From contig DATAWZ010000074.1 of the NCBI GenBank assembly GCA_036266975.1, positions 14,986 through 78,985 of the forward strand: a stretch of DNA of 64,000 nucleotides, in the 5' to 3' direction. This stretch comes from Solirubrobacteraceae bacterium. GTDB taxonomy: Bacteria; Actinomycetota; Thermoleophilia; Solirubrobacterales; Solirubrobacteraceae. Below the pieces are notes generated by a model. The model saw only the letters and a list, made by a program, of their open reading frames with translations. It made no database searches and was not told the origin of the DNA. A program made the translations under genes and the position numbers. Position 1 is the first letter of the stretch; each line of letters begins with the position of its first letter. Below are positions 27,473 to 36,417 of this stretch, in pieces.

Positions 27473-28107
27473 GCGCCCGCGTCGCGGTGATCATCGGCAG
27501 TACCCGCCCGGCGCGGATCTGCCCGGGAATCGCCGGGTGGGTGTGCCGGGTGCTCGCCGAGGGCGGTCCGCTGCGCTACGAGCTGGTCGTCCTCGCCGAG
27601 ATGGAGCTGCCGCTGCTGGACGAGCCGCTGGCGGCCGCGCTGGGCGACTATCGGTGCGAGCACACCAGGGCGTGGAGCCGGCTGATCCGTGGCTACGAGG
27701 GGTTCGTGTTCGTCTTTCCCCAGTACAACTGGGGCTATCCCGCGGCGCTCAAGAACGCGCTGGACTACCTCTACGCGGAGTGGCGCGAGAAGCCCGCGAC
27801 GACCGTCACCTACGGCACGCGCGGCGGCGCCAAGGGCGCCGATCAGCTGGCCCAGGTGCTCGCGGGCCTGCACATGCGCGCCCTGGACACTCGCGTCGAG
27901 GTCGCGATCGGCGCCGAGCAGGTCACCGACGATTGGCAGCTTCGCGACATCGAGGCGACGATGCAGCCCTATCTCGACGGGGTCCGCGAGCTCGGTGCCC
28001 AGATGCTCAAGGCGAGCAGGCACCGGAGCCGGACCCGCGCGGGGCTCCGCTCCGGTGCGCGTGAGGACGGCGCGGTCAGGACAGCGTCCGCAGTCCGGCG
28101 CCGGTGA
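27469..28107 (+). CDS. NAD(P)H-dependent FMN reductase
   Basis: RVAVIIGSTRPARI...FVFVFPQYNWGYPAALKNALDYLY. The GTG start overlaps the MarR stop (GTGA). Confidence 0.8.
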   Translation: MSARVAVIIGSTRPARICPGIAGWVCRVLAEGGPLRYELVVLAEMELPLLDEPLAAALGDYRCEHTRAWSRLIRGYEGFVFVFPQYNWGYPAALKNALDYLYAEWREKPATTVTYGTRGGAKGADQLAQVLAGLHMRALDTRVEVAIGAEQVTDDWQLRDIEATMQPYLDGVRELGAQMLKASRHRSRTRAGLRSGAREDGAVRTASAVRRR

Positions 28108-28822
28108 GCAGATAGGCCGGGGCGACGGTCTCGGCTCGCACGAGCTCGAGCACCGCGACGCCGGCGGCCTCGGGGGTCAGCGGGTCGCCGATCTGGCGCA
28201 TGTACTCCTCCTCGGACTGGCCGTTGCGCGAGGCATACGCCTGCACGGCCGGCCGCCCGAGGTCGGTCAGGGGCGTGATCTGCGGCAGCAGCGTGGTGAA
28301 GCTGATGCCCAGACCGCCGCGAGCGGCCTCGTCCTGCGCGTAGGCGCCCATGAAGCGCTGCGTGGCCTTGGCGCCGGCGTAGCCGCCGCTCAGCGGTGAC
28401 CCGGCGAGCGCCGCGCCGCTGCTGAGGATCACGACCCGGCTGCCAGGGCGCAGCGGCCTGAGCAGCGACTCGCGCAGCCAGTGGAAGGCGACCCGCACGT
28501 CGGTCTGCCAGTTGGCCGAGAAGGTCTCCCAACTCTGCTGCTGCAGGGGGCGCAGCAGCGGCCGGGCCCCGGCGACGAGCACGACGGCGTGAGGCCCGTA
28601 GCGGTCCAGCAAGCGGCCCGCCACCGCGGCGTCGCCGGCATCGGCGATCTCCGGCTGGATGTTGGCCGCGCGCGCGAGCTCGGCGAGGGGCGCCTCGCTG
28701 CGGGCCACGGCGACCACCGGGGCGCCAGTCTCGGCAAGGGCGATCGCGATCCCGCGGCCCAGGCCGCGGCTCGCGCCGACGACGATCGTGGTCTTCTCGG
28801 AGAGGTCGGTCATGGGGGGCAT
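28076..28822 (-). CDS. Short-chain dehydrogenase/reductase
   Basis: TTIVVGASRGLGRGIA...YAGAKATQ. The start is taken at the ATG preceded by AAGGAG. Confidence 0.8.
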   Translation of the reverse strand: MPPMTDLSEKTTIVVGASRGLGRGIAIALAETGAPVVAVARSEAPLAELARAANIQPEIADAGDAAVAGRLLDRYGPHAVVLVAGARPLLRPLQQQSWETFSANWQTDVRVAFHWLRESLLRPLRPGSRVVILSSGAALAGSPLSGGYAGAKATQRFMGAYAQDEAARGGLGISFTTLLPQITPLTDLGRPAVQAYASRNGQSEEEYMRQIGDPLTPEAAGVAVLELVRAETVAPAYLLTGAGLRTLS

Positions 28823-28866
28823 GGTTGGGTCTCCTTGTGTGGGCATGTCGAGCGGATCGATCACGG

Positions 28867-30330
28867 TCAGCGCGAGCAGGCGAGCGCGGGGTCTGGCTCG
28901 TGGATCGAGGTCTTACTCACGGCGTCCGAGAGCTCGTCACGGCGCACGAGCGCGAAGATCGCCGGGACGGCGAGCAGGGCGATCACGCCCAGCACCCAGA
29001 ACGCCTTCTGGAAACCTCCGGCGAGCGCCGCGGGCCCGCTGCTCCCGGCGTGCAGCAGCGCCCGGGTGTGGCTGGCGGCGACGCTCGAGGCGATCGCGAT
29101 CCCGATCGCGCCGCCGAGTTGCTCGGAGGTGTTCAGCAGTCCCGAGGCGAGCCCGGCTCGATCCGACTCAACGCCCGCGAGCGCGCCGATCGAGATCGGG
29201 ATGAACGCGAAGGCGGTACCGACTCCGGTGATGAGCAGCGGGGCCGCGAGGTTGGCCAGGAAGTGTCCGTGAACCGGGGCGCGCGTCGTCCAGATCACGC
29301 CGGCGCCGATCAGGGCCATGCCGACAGCCATCACGATCTTCGTCCCGCCGCGGGTGACCAGCAGCTGCGAGAGGCCGGCGAACGCGACCGACGTCACCGA
29401 GGTGGCCAGCCAGGCGAGCCCGGTGCGCAGCGCGCTGTAGTGCAGGACCTGCTGCATGTACAGCGTGCCGACGAAGATGAACGCGAAGAAGCTGCCGCCG
29501 AGCAGCAGACCGGCAACGTTCGAGCCCGACAGCGTGCGCAGCCGGAAGATCGACAGCGGCAACAGCGGGGAGCTCACGCGCGACTCGATCACGATGAAGC
29601 CGACGAGCAGCGCCGCGGCGGCCGCGAGCACCACGACGGTCCGGGTGGCACTCCAGCCGTACTGGGGTGCCTGCGAGATCGCGTCGACCAAGAGCACGAG
29701 GCCGCCCGTGCCCGCCAGCGCGCCGAGCGCGTCGAAGCGCCGTCGCGCCGTGCGCAGGTTGCTGTCGGGCACAAGCCGCGGGGTCAAGGCGAGCGCGGCG
29801 ATCCCGACGGGCACGTTCAGGAAGAAGATGTACTGCCACCCCGCGTAGCGGGTCAGAAGCCCGCCGGCGATCAGCCCGACGGTGGCCCCGCCGGCCCCGA
29901 GCCCTCCCCAGATTCCGAGCGCCTGGTTACGCGCCGGGCCCTCTTCGAACATGTCCATCACGATCGACAGAGCGGCGGGGAGCATGATCGCCGCGCCGAG
30001 GCCCTGAACGGCGCGCGTCGCGATCAGGAACACGTCCCCGGGGGCCAGCGCGCAACCCAGCGACGCGGTCGTGAACAGCGTGAGTCCACACATCAGCATC
30101 CGGCGGCGCCCGAGCAGATCCGCGGCGCGACCGCCGAGCAAGAGGAAGCCACCGAAGGTGAGCGCGTACGCGGTGACCACCCACTGCAGGCTGGTCTCGC
30201 TGAAGTGCAGATCGCGTCCGACGGTCGGCAGCGAGACGTTGACGATCGTCAGATCGATCACCGTCATGAAATAGGCGACCGCCAACAGCGCGAACGCACG
30301 CCAGCGATTGATGTGTGGCGGGCACGTCAT
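28867..30330 (-). CDS. MFS transporter, DHA2 (EmrB/QacA-like, 14-TM) family
   Basis: 487 aa, highly hydrophobic. Contains GRAADLLGRRRM (MFS motif A-like). Confidence 0.9.
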   Translation of the reverse strand: MTCPPHINRWRAFALLAVAYFMTVIDLTIVNVSLPTVGRDLHFSETSLQWVVTAYALTFGGFLLLGGRAADLLGRRRMLMCGLTLFTTASLGCALAPGDVFLIATRAVQGLGAAIMLPAALSIVMDMFEEGPARNQALGIWGGLGAGGATVGLIAGGLLTRYAGWQYIFFLNVPVGIAALALTPRLVPDSNLRTARRRFDALGALAGTGGLVLLVDAISQAPQYGWSATRTVVVLAAAAALLVGFIVIESRVSSPLLPLSIFRLRTLSGSNVAGLLLGGSFFAFIFVGTLYMQQVLHYSALRTGLAWLATSVTSVAFAGLSQLLVTRGGTKIVMAVGMALIGAGVIWTTRAPVHGHFLANLAAPLLITGVGTAFAFIPISIGALAGVESDRAGLASGLLNTSEQLGGAIGIAIASSVAASHTRALLHAGSSGPAALAGGFQKAFWVLGVIALLAVPAIFALVRRDELSDAVSKTSIHEPDPALACSR

Positions 30331-30393
30331 GAGACCTCCAGTGGTCTGGGTCGGCGAGGAAGCGACGACTGCGGTTGGGGCGGGTCGCGGCCG

Positions 30394-31365
30394 CTACGGC
30401 GCGCGCTCGCTGTTGTCCTCCGCGGGGAACCCGAACCGCGGCAGGAGGGCGGGGTCGATGAACGCGTCGATACCGGCGATCCGCCCATCGACGATCTCCA
30501 GGACGGAGATTCCGTGAGGCATCAGCCCGCGATCCTCGGTGCGGCGGTGGATCGCCACCGCGGGCCGGCCGTTCGCCGAGGTGGGCGACAGCCGCATGCG
30601 CCGCAGGTCACCGCCCGTCGCGGTCTCGCGGAAGAAGCGTGCGATCTCGACGGCGCCGCTCAGCGACCGCTGAGGCGGCATTCGCAGCACCGCGTCCTCG
30701 CGCAGCAGCGCGACCAGTCCGTCGATGTCGTCGCGCTCGAACGCGTCGATGTAGCGGTGCAGCAGCTCACGTTCGGCGGCGTCGGCCACGCGTTGGCGCG
30801 TCGCGGGCAGGTCGTGCTCGATCGTGGTGCGGGCACGCTGCAGCGCGCTGTTGACGGCGGCGACCGTCGACTCGAGCAGCTCGGCGACCTCGGGCGCGGT
30901 CCAGCCCAGCACGTCGCGGAAGATCAGCACCGCACGCTGGCGGCCCGGCAGCCGCTGGATCGCCCGTAGCAGCGCGAGCTCCGTCCCCTCGCGGATCGCG
31001 TAACGCGCGGCCGGGTCGTAGGTCGGTGCTGCCGCCTTCTCCGGGGGCCGGTCCGGGAGCGGATCCAGCGGCTCGGGGCGCCGGGGCCGGCGCTCGAGCT
31101 CGTCCAGGCAGGCGTTGGTCGCGATCCGGTAGAGCCAGGTCTGGAGCTGGACGCGCGGCTTGAAGCGCTCCAGCGAGCGCCACGCCCGCAGAAGGGTCTC
31201 CTGCACAAGGTCCTCGGCGTCGTGAGCGGAGCCGAGCATGCGGTAGCAGTGGACCTCGAGCGCGCGGCGGCAGGGCTCGACGAGCTGGCGGAACGCGCGC
31301 TCGTCCCCGGCCTGCGCGGCGGCCAGCAGGAGGCGGTGGTCGGTGCTCGTGCTCTGGTTGCTCAT
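30394..31365 (-). CDS. ECF sigma-70 factor with fused C-terminal SnoaL/NTF2-like domain
   Basis: Region 2 (DAEDLVQETLLRAWRSLERF...WLYRIATNACLD), region 4 (RQRAVLIFRDVLGWTAPEVAELLESTVAAVNSALQRAR), then a ~120-aa extension (YIDAFERDDIDGLVALLREDAVL...). Confidence 0.85.
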   Translation of the reverse strand: MSNQSTSTDHRLLLAAAQAGDERAFRQLVEPCRRALEVHCYRMLGSAHDAEDLVQETLLRAWRSLERFKPRVQLQTWLYRIATNACLDELERRPRRPEPLDPLPDRPPEKAAAPTYDPAARYAIREGTELALLRAIQRLPGRQRAVLIFRDVLGWTAPEVAELLESTVAAVNSALQRARTTIEHDLPATRQRVADAAERELLHRYIDAFERDDIDGLVALLREDAVLRMPPQRSLSGAVEIARFFRETATGGDLRRMRLSPTSANGRPAVAIHRRTEDRGLMPHGISVLEIVDGRIAGIDAFIDPALLPRFGFPAEDNSERAP

Positions 31366-31379
31366 GGCCTTCACCACGT

Positions 31380-31721
31380 TCAACGGCCGCGAGCGCCGAA
31401 ACTCATCGCGCGGATCTGACATGACCAACGGAATCGCCACCAGCCGGCGAGCACGATCGCGGCGACCAGCGCGGCGATCCTCCCGAGACGATCAGCGCGA
31501 CCGCCGCGAGGGCGACCGCGACGAGCGCGAACCTGGCGAGCCAGAGCGCGATGCTCGCGCGGGTCGGGCACCAGCTGACGGTTCGGCGCCGGCCCGTACG
31601 AATGCGCGCTGGCCCGCGGCTCGCCGCATTCCGGGCACCGTCCAGCGACGATGGTCGCCGTGCGGTGGCAGTGCGGACAGGTCGCCGACGGGGACAGAGT
31701 GCCGCGAGGAATAGGCCCGTG
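31380..31721 (-). pseudogene. Zinc-ribbon (CxxC-x11-CxxC)/membrane ORF without a canonical start, probably decayed
   Basis: The frame directly after the VOC stop reads HGPIPRGTLSPSATCPHCHRTATIVAGRCPECGEPRA... TM-like segments occur in two different frames. The only canonical start (GTG 31571) lies after the zinc ribbon. Confidence 0.3.
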
Positions 31722-32165
31722 TCACTCGGGCACGAACAGTCGCGCCCGCATGTGCTCCGCGCTCTGAGGGTTGAAGTCCCACAGCCCCTTGAGCTGGGCG
31801 CGTAGCTCCTCGGAGAGGCGCTTGGCGGGATCGCGGACATACAGCTGCACGATGTCGCCGGGCAGCTCGACCAGGCGGTTGCCGAAGGCGCGGTCATCGA
31901 ACGCGCGCAGGCGCTCGGCGGCCCGGTAGACCGGCTCGAGCTCATCGACGGTCACGGCGAAGTGGTGATGACTCGTCGGCGTCAGGTCACGTTCGAACAG
32001 GTGCAGCTGTGTGCGGCCGAGCGCAAGCCACTGCACCGGGAGCCCGAAGTTCGGCGTGGCGATGGGCTCGGCGCCCAGGAGCTCGACGTAGAAGTCAATC
32101 GACTCCTGCAGGTCGAGCGCGTTGACGCTGACATGGTTGAGCCTGGCCGACCGCATCCCAGACAC
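31722..32165 (-). CDS. VOC (glyoxalase/bleomycin-resistance/dioxygenase) family protein
   Basis: RLNHVSVNALDLQESIDFYVELLGAEP...HHHFAVTVDE. Confidence 0.75.
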   Translation of the reverse strand: MSGMRSARLNHVSVNALDLQESIDFYVELLGAEPIATPNFGLPVQWLALGRTQLHLFERDLTPTSHHHFAVTVDELEPVYRAAERLRAFDDRAFGNRLVELPGDIVQLYVRDPAKRLSEELRAQLKGLWDFNPQSAEHMRARLFVPE

Positions 32166-32173
32166 GAGCGACT

Positions 32174-32547
32174 ATGTTAGGCGGCCCGGAACGGACAGCA
32201 GCCCAAACGTCCGAGATCGTCGTCGTCGGCTCGTTCACCGCCAAGCCTGGCAAGGAGGCCGAGGCCGAAGCGGCCTTCCGCGCGCTCATCGAGCCCACCC
32301 ACGGCGAGGACGGCTGCATCCTGTACGCGCTGCACCGGGGCACCGATGACCCCCCGCCGTCTGACGTTCGTCGGGCGCTGGAGCTCGCGCGAGGCGCTGG
32401 ACGCGCATCTGGGCAGCGCGCACGTGCGGGGCGCCCTCTCAGGCCTCGGTGAGCTGTTCAGCGACGGGCGGCGACATCGTCATCTACGAGGCGCTTCCCG
32501 TCGGCCAGGAGCAGAAGGGGTCGCGCGCGGCGCACGCCGGCGGCTGA
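32174..32547 (+). pseudogene. ABM (antibiotic biosynthesis monooxygenase) domain gene disrupted by two +1 frameshifts
   Basis: The ABM-like sequence continues across three frames: IVVVGSFTAKPGKEAEAEAAFRALIEPTHGEDGCILYALHRGTDDP, then RRLTFVGRWSSREALDAHLGSAHVRGALSGLGELFSDG, then GDIVIYEALPVG...*. Confidence 0.7.
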
Positions 32548-32557
32548 GCCGCGCTGC

Positions 32558-32878
32558 CTACCCGGCCACAGCGTCGTGGCGGCCGCGGGGCACGGGATGC
32601 GCCTCGGCCCACGCCACGATCGCGTCGCTGCCGGCCACCGTCTCGCCGGCGGCGGTGACGAGCAGGGGCAGCCATGAGCGGCCGGTCGCGCGCTGCGCGA
32701 GCCGCCGCCCGGGTGAGCGGTTCAGCGCCCTGGGCAGCAGGCCCCAGCCGTAGCCGCGGACGACGGTCGGCTCGTAACCGACGGCGCGCAGGGCGTCGAG
32801 CGCGTTGCGGCAGGGGTGGCCGGTGCCGAACGTCTGAAGGGTGCCCCAGCAGACATAGAGAGTCGGCGCCGGCGTCAC
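32558..32878 (-). CDS. Thioredoxin-fold (glutaredoxin/GST-N-like) protein
   Basis: 106 aa: LYVCWGT...GHPCRNALDALRAVGYEPTVV...VAGSDAIVAWAEAHP. The start overlaps the cupin stop. Confidence 0.6.
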   Translation of the reverse strand: MTPAPTLYVCWGTLQTFGTGHPCRNALDALRAVGYEPTVVRGYGWGLLPRALNRSPGRRLAQRATGRSWLPLLVTAAGETVAGSDAIVAWAEAHPVPRGRHDAVAG

Positions 32879-33375
32879 CGTCGCGCTCCGGCGAGCAGCC
32901 GCTGCAGCGCGACCGGGAAGTGGGCGAGGTAAAAGAACTCCTCGCGGAACTGGCGGATCAGTCGAGCCGTGGCCAACGGGCTCGGGGCGCCCAGGCGGTT
33001 GACCTTGCCCGGCGCGCCCAGCTGGAAGAGCGCCGTGAAGAGATCCTCGGCGCGCAGCGCCGGCAGCAGGGTCGCCCGCAGGCGGACCTCGTCCTCGGTG
33101 CGGTTGCGGAAGCTGTGTGGCGTGCGCGCGGGCACGGCGAGCTCGTCGCCGGCCGCCGCGGTCACGGTCCGACCGTCGACCTTGAACGTCGCGGTGCCGT
33201 CGAGCACACGCCAGCGTTCCTCCTGGTGAACGTGCACGTGGGGCGGGATGGACGACCCGGGCGCCATGACCGCCTCGAGCTCGAGCAGCGCCCCATCGCT
33301 GTCGGCGGCGGTGGTCAAGAACGTGATCGCCTGTCCGATCGGAGGGCTCGCAATCGTGGTTCCGGTGGTTGCCAT
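32875..33375 (-). CDS. Cupin domain protein
   Basis: Internal ATG gives MATTGTT...PPHVHVHQEERWRVLDGTATFKVDGRT...AGDELAVPARTPHSF. Confidence 0.75.
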   Translation of the reverse strand: MATTGTTIASPPIGQAITFLTTAADSDGALLELEAVMAPGSSIPPHVHVHQEERWRVLDGTATFKVDGRTVTAAAGDELAVPARTPHSFRNRTEDEVRLRATLLPALRAEDLFTALFQLGAPGKVNRLGAPSPLATARLIRQFREEFFYLAHFPVALQRLLAGARR

Positions 33376-33382
33376 CGCTACT

Positions 33383-33396
33383 CTTTCATACGAAAG
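33383..33396. promoter_or_regulatory. Short inverted repeat CTTTC-ATAC-GAAAG in the divergent cupin/TetR spacer
   Basis: Read directly from a 42-bp AT-rich spacer. CATACG/CGTATG outer arms are also present. Confidence 0.3.
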
Positions 33397-33417
33397 GGAA
33401 CTTACATACCGGATCGT

Positions 33418-33984
33418 ATGCAACGACATCGCCGAACGCAAGTCGAGCGCCGCGCCGAGACCCAGGCGCGGCTGTTGGATGCCGCAGGAAAGGTGTTCGC
33501 GCGGCGCGGCTACCAGGGCGCCTCGCTCGAGCTGATCTCCGAGCGCGCCGGCTGCACGAAAGGGGCGCTCTATCACCACTTCGGCTCCAAGGAGGGATTG
33601 CTGCTCGCGCTACTGGACCGCCACTACGGACGCCGGCTCGAGCAGGCGCAGGTCGACGCCGCGCCGTCGCCGTCGGAGCGCCTGCCCTTCGATCGCGACT
33701 TCGCGCTGCTGTTCCTCGAGTTCGTCTGCGTCGCGGCGCGCGACGTGAAGATCCGCCGACGCCTCGCCGCCCGCCTGCGGGCGCTGCGGGCCGAGAGCGC
33801 CGCGCTCGTCGGCGACGAGCGCGTTGCCGCGGTCATCGGCGCCATCGCCAACGGCGCAAGCATCGAGGCGCTGATCTTCGGGCCGGCCGAGGGCTCGGCG
33901 ACGTTCGATGCGGCGATGGGCCGGCTCGGACTCGGCGAGCCGGCCGCGGCCCGGGACGACGCCGTCACGCCCGGCGCCCGCTGA
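33418..33984 (+). CDS. TetR/AcrR-family transcriptional regulator
   Basis: RRAETQARLLDAAGKVFARRGYQGASLELISERAGCTKGALYHHFGSKEGLL. Confidence 0.85.
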   Translation: MQRHRRTQVERRAETQARLLDAAGKVFARRGYQGASLELISERAGCTKGALYHHFGSKEGLLLALLDRHYGRRLEQAQVDAAPSPSERLPFDRDFALLFLEFVCVAARDVKIRRRLAARLRALRAESAALVGDERVAAVIGAIANGASIEALIFGPAEGSATFDAAMGRLGLGEPAAARDDAVTPGAR

Positions 33985-34006
33985 CCGCCGCGCTCCCACC
34001 GGAGGC

Positions 34007-34732
34007 TCAGCCAGCCATCGCGAGGAACTGGCGCTCGATCAGCGGATAGAGCTTCTCCTGGTCGTCGCTGAGCCCGGCCTTGATGCCGCGGCTGAAGTCG
34101 TCGACGATCGCCTCGGGCAGGTCGGCGGCGAGCGCGTCGAGCGCGGACTCCGCGACGGTCGCCGGCGCGATCTTCTCGGCCTCGAGGCCGGCGATCATGT
34201 CGGTGTCCACGAAGCCGACGTGGACCCCCACGACGTGCGTGCCCTGTCGGCCCAGCTCGATGCGTGCCGCGTTGGTGAAGCTCCACGCCGCCGCCTTGGA
34301 GGCCGAATAGGTCGTCAGCAGCGGCATCGCCACCCACGAGACGACCGAGAGAACGTTGACGAACGCGCCGCCCCCGTTGCGCTCGAGTACGGGCGCGAAG
34401 GCCTGGGTCATCGACACCACGCCGAGGTAATTGGTCTCGAGTTGCAGGCGCGCCGTGTCCAGCGACGCCGTCAGAGGCGGTGCCGCATGACCGACGCCGG
34501 CGTTGTTCACGACGAGCGCGACCTCGGAGAGCTCCTGGGCGAGCTCGCGCACGCGGGCGTCATCGGTCACGTCGACCTGGACGGGAACCACGCGCGGGTC
34601 GGTGACCGTGGAGGCGTCGCGAGCGCCGGCGTAGACGGTGCGCGCGCCGCGCGCGAGGAGCGCTTCGGTGAATGCCTTGCCGATGCCGCGGTTTGCGCCG
34701 GTGACGAGCGCGACGGTCCCCTCGATCTGCAT
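34007..34732 (-). CDS. Short-chain dehydrogenase/reductase
   Basis: GTVALVTGANRGIGKAF, NNAG, YSASKAAAWSF. Confidence 0.9.
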   Translation of the reverse strand: MQIEGTVALVTGANRGIGKAFTEALLARGARTVYAGARDASTVTDPRVVPVQVDVTDDARVRELAQELSEVALVVNNAGVGHAAPPLTASLDTARLQLETNYLGVVSMTQAFAPVLERNGGGAFVNVLSVVSWVAMPLLTTYSASKAAAWSFTNAARIELGRQGTHVVGVHVGFVDTDMIAGLEAEKIAPATVAESALDALAADLPEAIVDDFSRGIKAGLSDDQEKLYPLIERQFLAMAG

Positions 34733-34754
34733 GGTGATCTCCTGACGGCAGTAT

Positions 34755-34772
34755 GGATGATGAACATCATCC
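34755..34772. promoter_or_regulatory. Perfect inverted repeat GGATGATG-AA-CATCATCC (putative TetR operator)
   Basis: Lies in the divergent SDR/TetR spacer. A second GATG..CATC motif follows at about 34789. Confidence 0.45.
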
Positions 34773-34808
34773 TAAACGCTTTTGGCTGATGGCTATCATC
34801 TAAATTCG

Positions 34809-35387
34809 ATGCGGCACTCCAAGGACGAGAAGGCGGCCAGCCATGAGCGGATCGTTGCCGTCGCTGCGGCGCAGATCCGCGAGCGCGGTACCGAGCAGCC
34901 CGGCGTCGCCGAGATCATGCGGGCGGCCGGGCTCACTCACGGTGGCTTCTACAAGCACTTCGCCTCGCGGGACGACCTGATCGCCGAGGCGGTCGGTTGC
35001 GCCCTCACCGAGAACGAGCCGGAGGTCGCACGTCTGCTCTGCGAGGCCGACGACCCGCTCGGCGCCTTCGCCGACTGGTATGTCTCGGAGGCCCACCGCG
35101 ACGATGCCGCGCACGGGTGCGGTGTCGTGGCGCTCGGAGCCGACGCCACGCGTGCCGGGGGCGCAGTCCGGGAGGCCTACCGGGCCCAGGTGGACCGGTA
35201 CCTCGCGCACGTCCAGGCGCTGATCGGCGGGGATGATCCCGATGCCCGCCGCCGCGCCACGGTCACGCTGAGCGCGATGGTCGGCGCGGTCGCGATCGCG
35301 CGTGCGCTCGGTCCCACCGCCGTCTCGGATGAGATTCTCCAGGACGTCCGCGCCGCGGTGCGCGAGCGTCGGCTACTGCCGGAGTAG
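34809..35387 (+). CDS. TetR/AcrR-family transcriptional regulator
   Basis: HERIVAVAAAQIRERGTEQPGVAEIMRAAGLTHGGFYKHFASRDDLI. The start is taken at ATG 34809; the track start is a TTG at 34782. Confidence 0.85.
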   Translation: MRHSKDEKAASHERIVAVAAAQIRERGTEQPGVAEIMRAAGLTHGGFYKHFASRDDLIAEAVGCALTENEPEVARLLCEADDPLGAFADWYVSEAHRDDAAHGCGVVALGADATRAGGAVREAYRAQVDRYLAHVQALIGGDDPDARRRATVTLSAMVGAVAIARALGPTAVSDEILQDVRAAVRERRLLPE

Positions 35388-35428
35388 CGGCCCACTCGAC
35401 GACCGAGGCCCGTCGGGGCAGCGCACGG

Positions 35429-35542
35429 GTCGCGGCGGTCGCTGATCCCGAGCTTTTGCGGGCCCCGGTAGGGAGGCGTCTCGACGGTCCGCACCGAGGT
35501 CACGACACGGTCCACGATCTCGACATTGGTGAGGCCCTGGTC
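35429..35542 (-). pseudogene. Relic of a LuxR-type HTH (38 codons)
   Basis: Minus frame reads DQGLTNVEIVDRVVTSVRTVETPPYRGPQKLGISDRRD, resembling GLTNxEIAxxLxxSxxTVExHxxxxxxKLG. There is no intact upstream domain and no proper stop. Confidence 0.4.
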
Positions 35543-35656
35543 TGCTTGCGTGGATGTGGTCAGAGAAGGCTGGCGACACGCCCAGCAGACAGACCTGTCT
35601 GTCTGGTACGATGGCCGCGCACGACAAACGGACACGGTCACCAACAGAGGACCACG

Positions 35657-36415
35657 ATGAGCGCCCCTCACCTCGAGCTGCCCACCAGCCCACGCTCGCT
35701 GCTGGGCCTGCGTGCCCTGGTCACCGGCGCCACCGGCGGGCTCGGCTCGGCCATCGCCCTCGCGCTGGGGCGAGACGGCGCCGACGTCATCGTGCAGGGG
35801 CGTGATCGCCAGCGCGGTGAGCAGACCGTCGGCGCAGTCGAACGGGCGGGCGGGCGGGCACGCTTCGTGGGCGCGGACCTGGGCGACCCGACGCAGATCG
35901 CCGCGCTCGCCGAATCGGCCGGCGAGATCGACGTGCTGGTCAACAACGCCGGGTTCTCGATCTTCGCCCCGACGGCGCTCGTCGCGCCCGAAGACTTCGA
36001 CCGGCTGTTCGCCGCGAATGTGCGCGCCCCGTACTACCTCGTCGCGGCGTTCGCGCCGCGGATGGCCGAGCGCGGCGCGGGCAGCATCGTCAACATCGGC
36101 AGCATGGCCGGGACGGTCGGTCTGGCCGGCGGAGCGGCGTACGGTGCCACAAAGGCGGCGCTCGCGGCGATGACCCGCTCGTGGGCCGCGGAGTTCAGCG
36201 CATCCGGGGTGCGGGTCAACACGGTGGCGCCCGGTCCGATACACACGCGCGCGCAGGACAAGGAGCGGTTCGACCGGCTCGGAGCTACGACGCCCGCCCA
36301 GCGCGCCGCCCAGCCGCAGGAGATCGCCGAACTCGTCGCGTTTCTCGCCTCCCCGAAATCGAGCTACATCACCGGCGCGACCCTGGCCATCGACGGCGGC
36401 CGCACCGCCATCTGA
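35657..36415 (+). CDS. Short-chain dehydrogenase/reductase
   Basis: RALVTGATGGLGSAIA, NNAG, YGATKAALAAMT. Confidence 0.9.
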   Translation: MSAPHLELPTSPRSLLGLRALVTGATGGLGSAIALALGRDGADVIVQGRDRQRGEQTVGAVERAGGRARFVGADLGDPTQIAALAESAGEIDVLVNNAGFSIFAPTALVAPEDFDRLFAANVRAPYYLVAAFAPRMAERGAGSIVNIGSMAGTVGLAGGAAYGATKAALAAMTRSWAAEFSASGVRVNTVAPGPIHTRAQDKERFDRLGATTPAQRAAQPQEIAELVAFLASPKSSYITGATLAIDGGRTAI

Positions 36416-36417
36416 TC

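Noticed and set aside
25304-30969. 704-aa (minus) and 714-aa (plus) ORFs over the LLM/SDR/MarR and MFS regions. The same applies to 58196..59668 (minus) over the APC permease.
   Set aside because: These are shadow ORFs opposite to, or out of frame with, motif-bearing genes.
35177-36244. 355-aa minus-strand ORF.
   Set aside because: Most of it is antisense to an SDR and a TetR gene. Only the 38-codon LuxR-HTH-like segment (35429..35542) looks meaningful, and it is reported as a relic.
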